Virus record (IMG/VR): IMGVR_UViG_3300045988_166882
Source of the DNA: a virus
Length of the DNA: 64,000 nt
Reading direction: 5' to 3' (one strand)
Part shown: positions 44,437 through 53,452 of the stretch, in pieces
How positions within the stretch are numbered: the first letter of the stretch is position 1
Layout: each line of letters starts with the position of its first letter
Notes under the pieces: model-generated
The model's input: only the letters and a program-made list of their open reading frames with translations
Told to the model about the DNA's origin: nothing
The model's database searches: none
Translations under genes and position numbers: made by a program

Positions 44437-45070
44437 AACCGGGGGCCTGGACCCCGCACAGAACCCCATAACGTCGTTTGCAGCCGTTGTGCTGGACTTT
44501 AACACCCTTAAAGAGGTAGACCGCTGGGAAACCTACGTAAAGCCGTACAACGATCTCCAAATAACGAAAGAATCCATCCAAAAGACGATGGTCAATATGG
44601 CCGAGGTGAACCGCGGTATGGACCTCAACGCCTTCATCGAAGCGTTCGGGCGGTTCTGTACCCAGAATTTCCCCGACGTGAAGGGTAAGGACCAACGGCG
44701 GTTGATAGGCGTTGGCCACAACGTGATGTTCGACGTGGGGATGCTGGAGGCAGCGTTCTACTACTCGGCCTACTCCAAAAAGCAGACTCTGTTCACCTAC
44801 ATCCAAGACCAGACGCTGGACACGATGTACCTCTCCAAAATGATGTACGGCCTCGCGGGCGACGAGAAGATGACGTTAGGCGCCACGTGTGAACGCGCCG
44901 GCATCCGCCTCACCGACGCTCACGGCGCGATGAACGACGTTGAAGCCACGGCCGAGTACTTCCGCTACTGTATCCAGCGTCTTCGTGCTACGGGCGACGT
45001 CTCGTCTTCTGCCGAGAAGAAGACTCGCCGCCGCGGGAACGAATTCTTCGAGTTCAAGTGCGCCAAGTAA
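44402..45070 (+). CDS. DnaQ-like 3'-5' proofreading exonuclease
   Basis: ExoI MDTETGGLD, ExoII GHNVMFDVGML, ExoIII HGAMNDVEATAE. The start (44402 or 44426) overlaps the end of the HEG. Confidence 0.8.
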   Translation: MRRSNYLVMDTETGGLDPAQNPITSFAAVVLDFNTLKEVDRWETYVKPYNDLQITKESIQKTMVNMAEVNRGMDLNAFIEAFGRFCTQNFPDVKGKDQRRLIGVGHNVMFDVGMLEAAFYYSAYSKKQTLFTYIQDQTLDTMYLSKMMYGLAGDEKMTLGATCERAGIRLTDAHGAMNDVEATAEYFRYCIQRLRATGDVSSSAEKKTRRRGNEFFEFKCAK

Positions 45071-45119
45071 CGACCGCCAACGTTATACACCGTGTCTAAC
45101 AACAAAACCGTATAACAAA

Positions 45120-45821
45120 ATGGACAAGCAATCATTCATCACTGGCGTTAAGGCGTCGATCGCCGAAATCTTGGAGCGTTCCACGAATAAGTGGGTAAGC
45201 GTGCTGGAACCCGGAGCGTCGTTTGGCGCTATACTGGCCAAAAACGGTATCAGCCCCAAAATCACGCCGCCGCTTTTCGACGTTCTTACCGCCAACGGGC
45301 TGGTAGAGCGTTTGGGTGATAAGTCGGCGATTCGCTACCGCTATCAACCCCAAAACTCCACGACGCCCGATCTGGATAAGTTGGCCGAAAAGGTATTCGA
45401 CGCCAACCAAGCCTACAACCGCCAAAAGAGCGTTTCCGGAAAGCAAAAACGTGTAACCCCCCCGCGGGAAGTCAACCAGAACGGACGGGCAGCGCGTTTT
45501 AAGGGCGATCTTCTGCCTCAGATTGGTGATTCGCGTTACGTACTTATGGACTGTGACACGGACGAAGGTATCAAAATCTCGATCGTCGAAGTGAAGATCG
45601 TCGCCGCCCGGCGTGAGATGGCCACGGGCCACTACTGGTTTGAGGCCGTGTATCGCTCCAAGGAAGATGGTGAAACGGGCTGCCTCGACGGTTTGAGTAT
45701 TTCTGACCTGTACGTTTCAGCCGAAGCGGTGGCGCAGCGCCTGATCGCTCGCCAGATCAAATTCCGCGGTCCGCTGTTTCCAACTATAAAACCGGAAACC
45801 GTAAAACAAAATGGCAGATAA
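45120..45821 (+). CDS. hypothetical protein (N-terminal winged-helix-like)
   Basis: ATG at 45120 (MDKQSFITGVK...). The upstream part of the track ORF is low-complexity read-through. Confidence 0.55.
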   Translation: MDKQSFITGVKASIAEILERSTNKWVSVLEPGASFGAILAKNGISPKITPPLFDVLTANGLVERLGDKSAIRYRYQPQNSTTPDLDKLAEKVFDANQAYNRQKSVSGKQKRVTPPREVNQNGRAARFKGDLLPQIGDSRYVLMDCDTDEGIKISIVEVKIVAARREMATGHYWFEAVYRSKEDGETGCLDGLSISDLYVSAEAVAQRLIARQIKFRGPLFPTIKPETVKQNGR

Positions 45822-46287
45822 CACACGCGTCGCTCAAACGCCCGAGGAGGTAGCAGCGACAAAACAGTACACCGAGCAGGACGAAAACCGTAAACTGGCC
45901 TTTTCCAAGGCTCTCGAACTGCTTCGTATTTTGGGCCTCGATGATTTGGAACGGGAGATGATAGCCCAGCGAACCTTCACTCGTACTGAGGTAGTCAAGA
46001 AAACTACGCTTTCCCACCGCAAGGCTCTCGACGTGTTGGAAACGCTTCAGACGTTCGGCTACGTCGCGCTGCTCGATACCAACAAGACAAAATTCCGCTT
46101 CACCTTTAACGCCGATGACCGCGCAGCGGTTTATAAGGCCAAGATCATACAGTTAACCACGATTCTGGGAACGGCCATTGAGGGGTACAACGCCCTGCTC
46201 CTGAAGGACTACCCCAAGGACGTTTACGAACGTGAGACGCTGGAGATGGAACGCTACCTGACTAAAGCGTTGGAGTTGAAGAGATGA
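45811..46287 (+). CDS. hypothetical protein; possible small terminase subunit (by position only)
   Basis: 158 aa, helical, immediately upstream of terL. Confidence 0.45.
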   Translation: MADNTRVAQTPEEVAATKQYTEQDENRKLAFSKALELLRILGLDDLEREMIAQRTFTRTEVVKKTTLSHRKALDVLETLQTFGYVALLDTNKTKFRFTFNADDRAAVYKAKIIQLTTILGTAIEGYNALLLKDYPKDVYERETLEMERYLTKALELKR

Positions 46288-46308
46288 GTTTTGTTGTGTG
46301 ACCCGGTG

Positions 46309-46338
46309 ACACCCAGAGGGATTTGCCCCTTTGGGTGT
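46309..46338 (+). other. 12-bp hairpin upstream of terL
   Basis: ACACCCAGAGGG, loop ATTTGC, then CCCTTTGGGTGT (one G-U pair). The T-run is weak. Confidence 0.4.
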
Positions 46339-46360
46339 TGCTATTAAAATACTTTGACGT

Positions 46361-49078
46361 ATGATGCCTCAAATTGCGATCCCGTCGTTGACGCACCGTT
46401 TGGCTTGTTTAGACCTCGTTGACGAGATAATCGAGGGTATGGACGAACGCGGCCTTAACGAGATGATGAGTGGCGATACACACGACGTTGACACGATATT
46501 TGATGCTTTGATGATGGACACGTACCGGATTATGTATACTGGCGACGTGTCGATTGATTTTAAGCCCCGCTATGAAGAGAACGTCTCGGCCGTGGTTGAA
46601 GACACCCTGCGGTGTGCCAATTTGACGTATTTCATCACCTCCGTCATCCCGGACTTCCAGCTGTCGTGGCACCACTTGGAGTGGGGTGAGTTAGTCCACA
46701 ACCACAAGAAATTGTGTATCAACGCAGCACGTGACCACGGGAAGTGTGAAGCCGTCGGAACCCCTGTCCGGATGTACGACGGAACTATCAAAAAGGTCGA
46801 AGACGTTGTGGTTGGCGACTTGTTGATGGGCGTCGACTCTAAGCCCCGCCGCGTGGTTGCTACGCGCCGTGGCCACGATTCGATGATGTACCGTATCGAC
46901 CAGTCGCGCGGTGATAGCTACACCGTCAACTCACGCCACATTTGTACGCTGATCGAGAAGGACCGCAACGGTTCCATCGCTACAGCGTCGAAGCGGATAG
47001 TGGATATTGATATTCCGACGCTTTTAAGCAAGACCCCGAACTGGGTGAAGGAACGTTACCGCGGTTTCAAGGTGGCAGTGCAGTACCCCACGCGGCCCGT
47101 GGGGTTGGAACCATATTTTCTTGGGTACTGGTTAGGCGACGGCAACTCCAACAACCAGAAGATCACCACCGCCGACCCTGAAGTGTGTGAGTACTTACAC
47201 TCTTACGCCGAGCGCTTGGGGCTTCACTATGGCCAAAATGGTATGGTAGTGACACTTGGAATTGACGTTCGTGGCCGCGGTAAGCGTAACCCGCTGGAAA
47301 GGATGCTCAAGGGTTACAACCTGCTCTACAATAAGCACATTCCGGAGCAGTACCTCGTCAACAGCGAAGAAGTTCGTCTTCAGGTGTTGGCTGGGTTGAT
47401 CGATTCCGACGGTAACTATTGGCAGGGCGGCTATCACTTCGGTAATACGAACTACCAGTTGGTGTGTGACGTGAAGAACTTGGCCGACAGCCTTGGCTTC
47501 TGTACCCGAATGGGTGGTGGAACGCGGTATTGTAAAGCGTTAGGCCGCGACTATTCGTCGTGGTGCGTGACTATTTCTGGTGAACTGGACCGCATCCCAG
47601 TAAAGATCGCTCGTAAAAAGGTCCAAACCGACTGGGCCGCCAAGACGTCACACAAGGACTGGGGCACTATCGACGGCGTACACCCTACGGTGGTATCGTC
47701 GTTGAAGATCACGCCCGCGGGTGAAGGTGACTACATATCTATCACCACCGACGGCGACCACCGCTTCGTGCTGGGTGACGGTACGGTTACGCACAACTCG
47801 TTCTATTTCTCCAACGCCTACGCCGCGTGGCAATTATACCGCTATAAGAAGCCGTCAACGACCCGTTACTCGAAGCGTCCCACGGTAGCGTCGTCGAATC
47901 GCGGCTTCTTGTTTTCGTTCTCACTCCAGCAGAGCGTTGACCTCTTGGAGATTCTGAAAGGAACCATCGAGGAAAACGAGATTTTGAAGGAACGCCTGCT
48001 ACCCCAGTCCACGGCCAACAACTGGTCGGCTACCAATATCGTGTGCCGTAACGGCGCGCGTTTGACGGGTAAGGGTTTTGGGTCTTCGGTGCGTGGTGCT
48101 CACCCCTACTGGATTATCGTCGATGACGGCCTGAAGGACAACGTCATCTATTCCAGCCTCCAGCGAAATAAGTCTACCGACTATTTCCATTCCGTAATTA
48201 TGAATATGCTCGTACCCGGCGGCCAGATCGTTGTCGTCGGTACGCCGTTCCACGCCGAGGACCTTTACGGCGACCTCAAGACCAAGAACGGTTGGTTCGT
48301 GATCGAGTACCCAGCCATCTTCCCCGACGGGCGAATCCTTTGGCCGCAGCGTTGGTCGTTTAAGGACCTGATGGACAAAAAGGAGACCCAAGGCTCGATC
48401 ATCTTCTCGCGTGAGAACCTTTGCCGCCCGATCACCAACGAATCGTCGATCTTCCCGATGGAAATCCTCACTCGGTCGTTGCTGCGTATGGAGAACTACA
48501 CGTTGGTGGATTCACGCGAAGAGTTCCCCGTTAAGTTCTCCAAGGTAGTCGTGGGCTGTGACTTCGCTATGTCGGCCAACGTCGGTGCTGACTACGCCGT
48601 ATTCAGCGTGTGGGGTATTGACGAACTGACCGACGAGCGTTGGCTGCTTCACCTGTGGCGTGAAAAGGGTGCCAAGTTCTTCGAACAGATGAACGTCCTG
48701 CGCCGTATCAACTCGCGTTTCCGGCCCGACCTGATCGTGATGGAGAACAACACCTTCCAGCAGATATTCGTCGAAACGGCCGACACTGAGGGTATGCCCG
48801 TGATTGGCCACACTACGGGAATTGATAAGTACGACCTGAAGACGGGGTGGCCTCACCTGTCGACGCTATTCGAGCGGGGCAAAATCCACATCCCGGTGGG
48901 TAACGTCTACTCTCAGCAGGTGAAAGACCTCATCTTCCAAGACCTCGGTTCAGTGGCCTTCACCGAAAAAGGCTTGGAAAGCGTGGGCAGCCACGACGAT
49001 ATTTCGTCGTCGTTCTGGTTGGCTGACTTGGCCGCTTCGCGTATGACTACGGGCTTTAAGTTTGATATGTTAGGTTAG
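46361..49078 (+). CDS. terL: terminase large subunit containing an intein
   Basis: Extein Walker A AARDHGK|S (interrupted by the intein), Walker B PYWIIVDDG, VVVGTPFH, and nuclease motif VVGCDFAMS...DYAVFSVWG. Confidence 0.85.
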   Translation: MMPQIAIPSLTHRLACLDLVDEIIEGMDERGLNEMMSGDTHDVDTIFDALMMDTYRIMYTGDVSIDFKPRYEENVSAVVEDTLRCANLTYFITSVIPDFQLSWHHLEWGELVHNHKKLCINAARDHGKCEAVGTPVRMYDGTIKKVEDVVVGDLLMGVDSKPRRVVATRRGHDSMMYRIDQSRGDSYTVNSRHICTLIEKDRNGSIATASKRIVDIDIPTLLSKTPNWVKERYRGFKVAVQYPTRPVGLEPYFLGYWLGDGNSNNQKITTADPEVCEYLHSYAERLGLHYGQNGMVVTLGIDVRGRGKRNPLERMLKGYNLLYNKHIPEQYLVNSEEVRLQVLAGLIDSDGNYWQGGYHFGNTNYQLVCDVKNLADSLGFCTRMGGGTRYCKALGRDYSSWCVTISGELDRIPVKIARKKVQTDWAAKTSHKDWGTIDGVHPTVVSSLKITPAGEGDYISITTDGDHRFVLGDGTVTHNSFYFSNAYAAWQLYRYKKPSTTRYSKRPTVASSNRGFLFSFSLQQSVDLLEILKGTIEENEILKERLLPQSTANNWSATNIVCRNGARLTGKGFGSSVRGAHPYWIIVDDGLKDNVIYSSLQRNKSTDYFHSVIMNMLVPGGQIVVVGTPFHAEDLYGDLKTKNGWFVIEYPAIFPDGRILWPQRWSFKDLMDKKETQGSIIFSRENLCRPITNESSIFPMEILTRSLLRMENYTLVDSREEFPVKFSKVVVGCDFAMSANVGADYAVFSVWGIDELTDERWLLHLWREKGAKFFEQMNVLRRINSRFRPDLIVMENNTFQQIFVETADTEGMPVIGHTTGIDKYDLKTGWPHLSTLFERGKIHIPVGNVYSQQVKDLIFQDLGSVAFTEKGLESVGSHDDISSSFWLADLAASRMTTGFKFDMLG
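46745..47797 (+). mobile_element. 351-aa intein with LAGLIDADG homing-endonuclease domain, inserted in the TerL P-loop
   Basis: Starts at Cys (CEAVGTPVRMYDG) and ends VTHN, with Ser at +1. Two LAGLIDADG motifs: YFLGYWLGDGNS and QVLAGLIDSDGNY. Confidence 0.85.
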
Positions 49079-49097
49079 CGCCATCGTTTTAGGTGAT

Positions 49098-49913
49098 ATG
49101 AAAACTCTGATAGCACTATTCACCCGCGGTCGTATCGATCGCCAAAAGACCCTCCAACGGCTCACGCCTCAGGCGCGCCGCCGCGTGACGGTATTCTGTC
49201 ACCCCGGCGAGTTGGCTGCTCACCAGCGTAACTGGGGCGGTGAGGTTGCCGCCATCGAGGAATACAGCACTGCGTGTCGCGGCGTGGGGGACATACGGGA
49301 CTACATCGTTGTAGAGGCCCAAAAGCGGGGATTTGGCGGAGTCTTTTTCTTAGACGATAACGTGTCTTTCTCGCTGCGTTTAGACGATGCCAAGACCCCC
49401 GTGGTGGTAAACAACGACAATTTCACCGTCGAGGCCCAAGAATACATCTATTCGATGATGTTCGACTGGGTGGCGGAGCACTTGGACACCTACGCCGTCG
49501 CCGCGCTTTCGTATCGGCCCTTTAACCGCGACAAGGAACACGACGTACAAATCAACGGGCGATTCTTCTCCATTTGGGGACTGAACATCGCCCAGTACCT
49601 CAGCCAGCCCGTGAGGTTTCGCGATTGGCCTATCAAGGAAGACTTCGCCGTGGCTTGCGGTTTACGCCGCGCCGGGCTGGATAACGTGGTGTCGTACCAG
49701 TATTCGTTCGACAAGATGACCGGAGCCAACGCCGCTGGCGGTTGTTCCGTGTACCGCACTATCGAGAACTCCAACGCCGAGTCACAACGTTTAAGGGAAG
49801 AGTTCCCCGAATATATCACCCTTCGTACCAAGAAATGTACCAATTGGGGGGGTGAAATGAAGGACCGTGAAATGATTGAAGTTAAAATACACTTAAAAGG
49901 TTACAAGAAATGA
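49098..49913 (+). CDS. hypothetical protein; weak GT-A-type glycosyltransferase-like features
   Basis: N-terminal strand TLIALFTRGR and an acidic VFFLDDNVSF (DxD-like). No firm family recognition. Confidence 0.3.
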   Translation: MKTLIALFTRGRIDRQKTLQRLTPQARRRVTVFCHPGELAAHQRNWGGEVAAIEEYSTACRGVGDIRDYIVVEAQKRGFGGVFFLDDNVSFSLRLDDAKTPVVVNNDNFTVEAQEYIYSMMFDWVAEHLDTYAVAALSYRPFNRDKEHDVQINGRFFSIWGLNIAQYLSQPVRFRDWPIKEDFAVACGLRRAGLDNVVSYQYSFDKMTGANAAGGCSVYRTIENSNAESQRLREEFPEYITLRTKKCTNWGGEMKDREMIEVKIHLKGYKK

Positions 49914-50473
49914 TCGTAAAATTCAAGAAAGTACACCCCGACGCCGTACTGCCGCACTACGCTCACCCCGACGGTGAGGACAACGGACTGGACTTGGTTG
50001 CCGCAGCCGTTTTCGAGTCCGACGACTACATCGAGTACGACACAGGTATCGCCGTTGAAATCCCCAAGGGGTACTGCGGCCTGTTGGTCCCGAATTCACG
50101 TTGTTCGAAAAAGGACCTCGTGATGTGTAACGCGCCGGGTATCATCGACCCCGGATATCGCGGTACGATGCGTGCCCGCTACAAGAAGGTTTGGCACCTT
50201 CCGACGCTGCTCCATAAGTTCCTCCGCAGCGTGTGTACGTTGTTCTCGAACGCCTTCGGTGAAATAGCCGGGTTGCGTGCACAGGAAATCAATTTCGACG
50301 TCAAGCAGTTTGAGGTCGGTGAGGTAGTGGCCCAGTTGGTTATCATCCCCGCGCCGCAGATCGAGGTTGAGGAAACTGACACGCTGACGCCTTCGATGCG
50401 TGACACCGCGGGGTTCGGTTCGACGGTAAAAGCGGTTCCCGAGAGCGAACGTGTTCAAAATGCCGAAAAATAG
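49910..50473 (+). CDS. dut: trimeric dUTPase with an internal ~40-aa insertion
   Basis: NGLDLVAA, PNSRCS, GIIDPGYRG and a C-terminal RDTAGFGST. Extra segment KKVWHLPTLLHKFLRSVCTLFSNAFGEIAGLRAQEINF. Confidence 0.8.
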   Translation: MIVKFKKVHPDAVLPHYAHPDGEDNGLDLVAAAVFESDDYIEYDTGIAVEIPKGYCGLLVPNSRCSKKDLVMCNAPGIIDPGYRGTMRARYKKVWHLPTLLHKFLRSVCTLFSNAFGEIAGLRAQEINFDVKQFEVGEVVAQLVIIPAPQIEVEETDTLTPSMRDTAGFGSTVKAVPESERVQNAEK

Positions 50474-50479
50474 AACGCC

Positions 50480-50650
50480 ATGGATCAACAACAATTACTG
50501 GCTCTTTTACTCGGAATAGGGTTCTTCTTCGTGATGCCGATTGCTCTTTTCCTGATCGGGTTGTCGAACGCTTCCTCAGATCGCCGTTTACGGCGTTATC
50601 GCGAAGAGTACAAACGAAAGTACGGATTTTATCCACCCGACGAATATTAA
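50480..50650 (+). CDS. 56-aa single-TM micro-protein
   Basis: MDQQQLLALLLGIGFFFVMPIALFLIGL followed by a basic tail. Fills the gap between the dut and ferritin-like genes. Confidence 0.4.
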   Translation: MDQQQLLALLLGIGFFFVMPIALFLIGLSNASSDRRLRRYREEYKRKYGFYPPDEY

Positions 50651-50654
50651 CAAA

Positions 50655-51242
50655 ATGAAAACGATCCTCCAACACAACCCCGCCAAACAGGACAACGTCG
50701 AAGCCATGGCCGACGCGCTGGTAGAGTCGATGCGCTTCGCTGACCCTACGGTTGATTATCCTGATATCTCCAAGGCCAAAGCCGACGACGGCGTTCCGGC
50801 CGAGTGGTTCCACAAGGCATACGCCGGCATTACCGGTACGTCGGAACTCACGGCCATTCTTCAGTACACGCAGCAGCGGATGATTTTTGACCAGATTGGA
50901 GAAACGTTCCTCGGTATCGCCCTCACCGAGATGAAGCACTACGACCGATTAGGCGACTTCATCGACCATATCGGGGGCAGCGTATCGCGGCCCGTATTTT
51001 CGGCAGCCAAAGTGGACATTACGACCGAAAGCGCGGCCGAAGCCGTCCAGATCAACATCCGCGCCGAGCAGGACACCATCGCCGAGTACGAGAAACTCAT
51101 TCAGCGTATTCAGGCCAACAACCCTACGCCGACCGTTACATCCACGCTGGCGGTTCAACTTATCAACAAAATCATCGCCGACGAGCGCGTCCACGTGCGG
51201 TTGTTGAGTGAATTGGCGATTATGATCGATGAAACGTTATGA
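50655..51242 (+). CDS. ferritin-like di-metal carboxylate protein (Mn-catalase/CotJC-like)
   Basis: ELTAILQYTQQ plus two ExxH motifs (EMKHYDRL and DERVHVRL). Confidence 0.5.
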   Translation: MKTILQHNPAKQDNVEAMADALVESMRFADPTVDYPDISKAKADDGVPAEWFHKAYAGITGTSELTAILQYTQQRMIFDQIGETFLGIALTEMKHYDRLGDFIDHIGGSVSRPVFSAAKVDITTESAAEAVQINIRAEQDTIAEYEKLIQRIQANNPTPTVTSTLAVQLINKIIADERVHVRLLSELAIMIDETL

Positions 51243-51535
51243 TATCCGCCACCGCTTACCGAAGGTGCCGTGCGCTGTTGCTGGCCGCGGTGAAGAATAT
51301 CGAAGCCGAACGCCCAGGAGTTATCGCCTGGGCGTCTCGTCAAGAACGGTGGTGGGAAGTGTGCGTGAGTGACTACGCGCTCTACCGCAGCGAACAATTT
51401 GCGCTGATACGGTCGGTGTACCGTAAGGCCATTTATGCCGCTGGCGGCGGTAAGGTGATATTCTGCTACGCCAAGCCCGACGCCGAACGGTTGTACGAGT
51501 TGGAGTTGAAAGGTAATTTGGTGATGGATTGTTGA
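51239..51535 (+). CDS. hypothetical protein
   Basis: 98-aa ORF with an ATGA overlap. Confidence 0.5.
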   Translation: MISATAYRRCRALLLAAVKNIEAERPGVIAWASRQERWWEVCVSDYALYRSEQFALIRSVYRKAIYAAGGGKVIFCYAKPDAERLYELELKGNLVMDC

Positions 51536-51549
51536 AAAATTTCTTCAAA

Positions 51550-51585
51550 TTCTCTTGGAGAATTCAAATTTTCGCCGTACCTTCG
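51550..51585 (+). promoter_or_regulatory. Bacteroidota sigma-A-type promoter, cassette copy P4
   Basis: TTCTCTT, 21 nt, then TACCTTCG (51578-51585). Shares a 23-mer with P3. Confidence 0.6.
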
Positions 51586-51617
51586 CTCTTGGAAAGAATC
51601 GTAAAACAAAATTGGTT

Positions 51618-52445
51618 ATGGAAAACACTCAAGACATCAACTCAATCCTCGCGAAACTGAAGAAACTGCAGCGTCTGTACGAAGGCGCCAAGGCCATCAA
51701 TTCTGAAGCCGAAGCCCAAAATGCTGCTGTTAAGATTCAGAACCTCCTCACCCAGTACAACCTTTCGATGGCTGATTTGGAAGCCGTGCCCGACAACGAG
51801 CAGAAGACCAACGTAACCGAAGAGCGCTTGGGTAGCGATTGGTGGCGTAAGTGCGGCGGCGCGTGGGACCAAGTCCTTATCGCTGGAATCTGTAAGTACA
51901 ACTACTGCTACGCTATCACAAGTCAGAGCGTGCGCTACCGTATCAACCGCAACGGCAACGAGGTACGCGAAAAGACTCAAAAGTACATCATCATCGGCGA
52001 ACCTCAGAACGTCGAGGTCGTAAAGTGGCTGTTCAACATTTTGGCGGACCAATTGTATAAACTGGCGCTGAAACGTTACCAAGAGTACCTCAACGACGAC
52101 GGTCAGGCCGTGATGCGTGTGTTCATGGGCGAAAAGCGGATGCACCGCGGTACGTTCTTGCGGTCGTATTTGACCGGAGCCGCCATTGGCGTTAAGGCCA
52201 AACTGAAGGAAGAGCGTGAACGCGAACTCCAAGCCCAAGTTCAGGTAAGCGCGCTGGTGCTTCGTACGGACCAGAAATTGAACGACTACGTGGCTGAGAA
52301 TTACAAGGACTTACGCTCGTCGCGTCCGGGACATATCGGTAGTGGCCACGCTATGGCGATGGGGCGTGAAGATGGCCGCAAGGTTAATATAACCCGCGGC
52401 GGTATCGCTGCTTCGAATACCAACTCTAACCAGATAGCGCAATGA
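51618..52445 (+). CDS. DUF2786-like phage protein
   Basis: N-terminal ILAKLKKLQRLYEGAKAINSEAEAQNAAVKIQNLLTQYNL matches the DUF2786 helix pattern from memory. ATG at 51618 (the track start is a TTG inside the promoter). Confidence 0.5.
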   Translation: MENTQDINSILAKLKKLQRLYEGAKAINSEAEAQNAAVKIQNLLTQYNLSMADLEAVPDNEQKTNVTEERLGSDWWRKCGGAWDQVLIAGICKYNYCYAITSQSVRYRINRNGNEVREKTQKYIIIGEPQNVEVVKWLFNILADQLYKLALKRYQEYLNDDGQAVMRVFMGEKRMHRGTFLRSYLTGAAIGVKAKLKEERERELQAQVQVSALVLRTDQKLNDYVAENYKDLRSSRPGHIGSGHAMAMGREDGRKVNITRGGIAASNTNSNQIAQ

Positions 52446-53434
52446 AAATAAACCTCGTATTTGACGGGAATTTCCTGTACCACCTTTCGTTCTCGATCTT
52501 CTCGACGTACTACCGCGGTCAAGATATGTGCGCTGTACTCGAAGACCGTGAAAAGCGTCAGGTGCTGATCCGCAAGTGCGTGATGAACCTTTGCGCCGCG
52601 GTACGGCGTTTTGGTGATGACGTTGGTCGCGTGATAGTGGTCATCGACTCCCACTCGTGGCGCCGCGGCGTATACGACGACTACAAGTACGCCCTGACGC
52701 GGGTGAAAGAACCGTGGAGCGACGCATTCGTCGAAGTGTTGGGTGAGTTTGAAGCGTTGCTGCGTAAACGCGGGCTGATCGTTTCGCGTGTACCGGGCGC
52801 AGAGGGTGATGACCTGATTATGTTGTGGGCCTACGCGCTGGACGAACTCCCCGGCGAAGAAACCGTCATCCTCACGGCCGACAGCGACATCCGCCAGTTG
52901 ATCACGCCAACGGTTTCGGTATTCAACTACAACTCCAAGTTCATGAAATTCTACACCTTCCCCGGTAAGGAAGAGTTCTGGAACGAACGGCTGGATGCCG
53001 ACATTCAGGTCCTCGCCACCGAAGCGTTGGAGGTGTTGTTGTTTAAGGTGCTGATGGGCGATACGTCAGACAACATCCCCAAGGTTCGCCGCGGTTTTGG
53101 CGAAAAGGCGTTTGGCCGTTTCATCGAATCGCTGAAGCCGGAACTCAACGGCCGACTGGTATCGCCGTCGGCCTTCGAGGGGTACAGCAGTACCAAGTTG
53201 GCACTTTGGATTCAGTCCAAGTTTGAGCGTTTCTTGGGCAGCCCGCTGACGACGGAAGAGGTAGGGCGCATCCTTTTCAACGTCCAGTTGACTTGGCTGT
53301 CGCCGTCGGTTTACGGCCCCAAGCAGGAAGACCTGCTGATGGCGATGACCGAAGAGGTAGCCAACACGAAGGACTCCTACAACTATAAAAAGGCGTATAC
53401 GCTGGAAGACTTCTACGGAATGTTGATAAAGTGA
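52442..53434 (+). CDS. FEN-type 5'-3' exonuclease (T4 RNase H-like)
   Basis: LVFDGNF, VIDSHSWRR...YKYALTR, GAEGDDLI, TADSDIRQL, LMGDTSDNIP. Confidence 0.8.
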   Translation: MKINLVFDGNFLYHLSFSIFSTYYRGQDMCAVLEDREKRQVLIRKCVMNLCAAVRRFGDDVGRVIVVIDSHSWRRGVYDDYKYALTRVKEPWSDAFVEVLGEFEALLRKRGLIVSRVPGAEGDDLIMLWAYALDELPGEETVILTADSDIRQLITPTVSVFNYNSKFMKFYTFPGKEEFWNERLDADIQVLATEALEVLLFKVLMGDTSDNIPKVRRGFGEKAFGRFIESLKPELNGRLVSPSAFEGYSSTKLALWIQSKFERFLGSPLTTEEVGRILFNVQLTWLSPSVYGPKQEDLLMAMTEEVANTKDSYNYKKAYTLEDFYGMLIK

Positions 53435-53452
53435 TTAAAATCAAGATACGCT

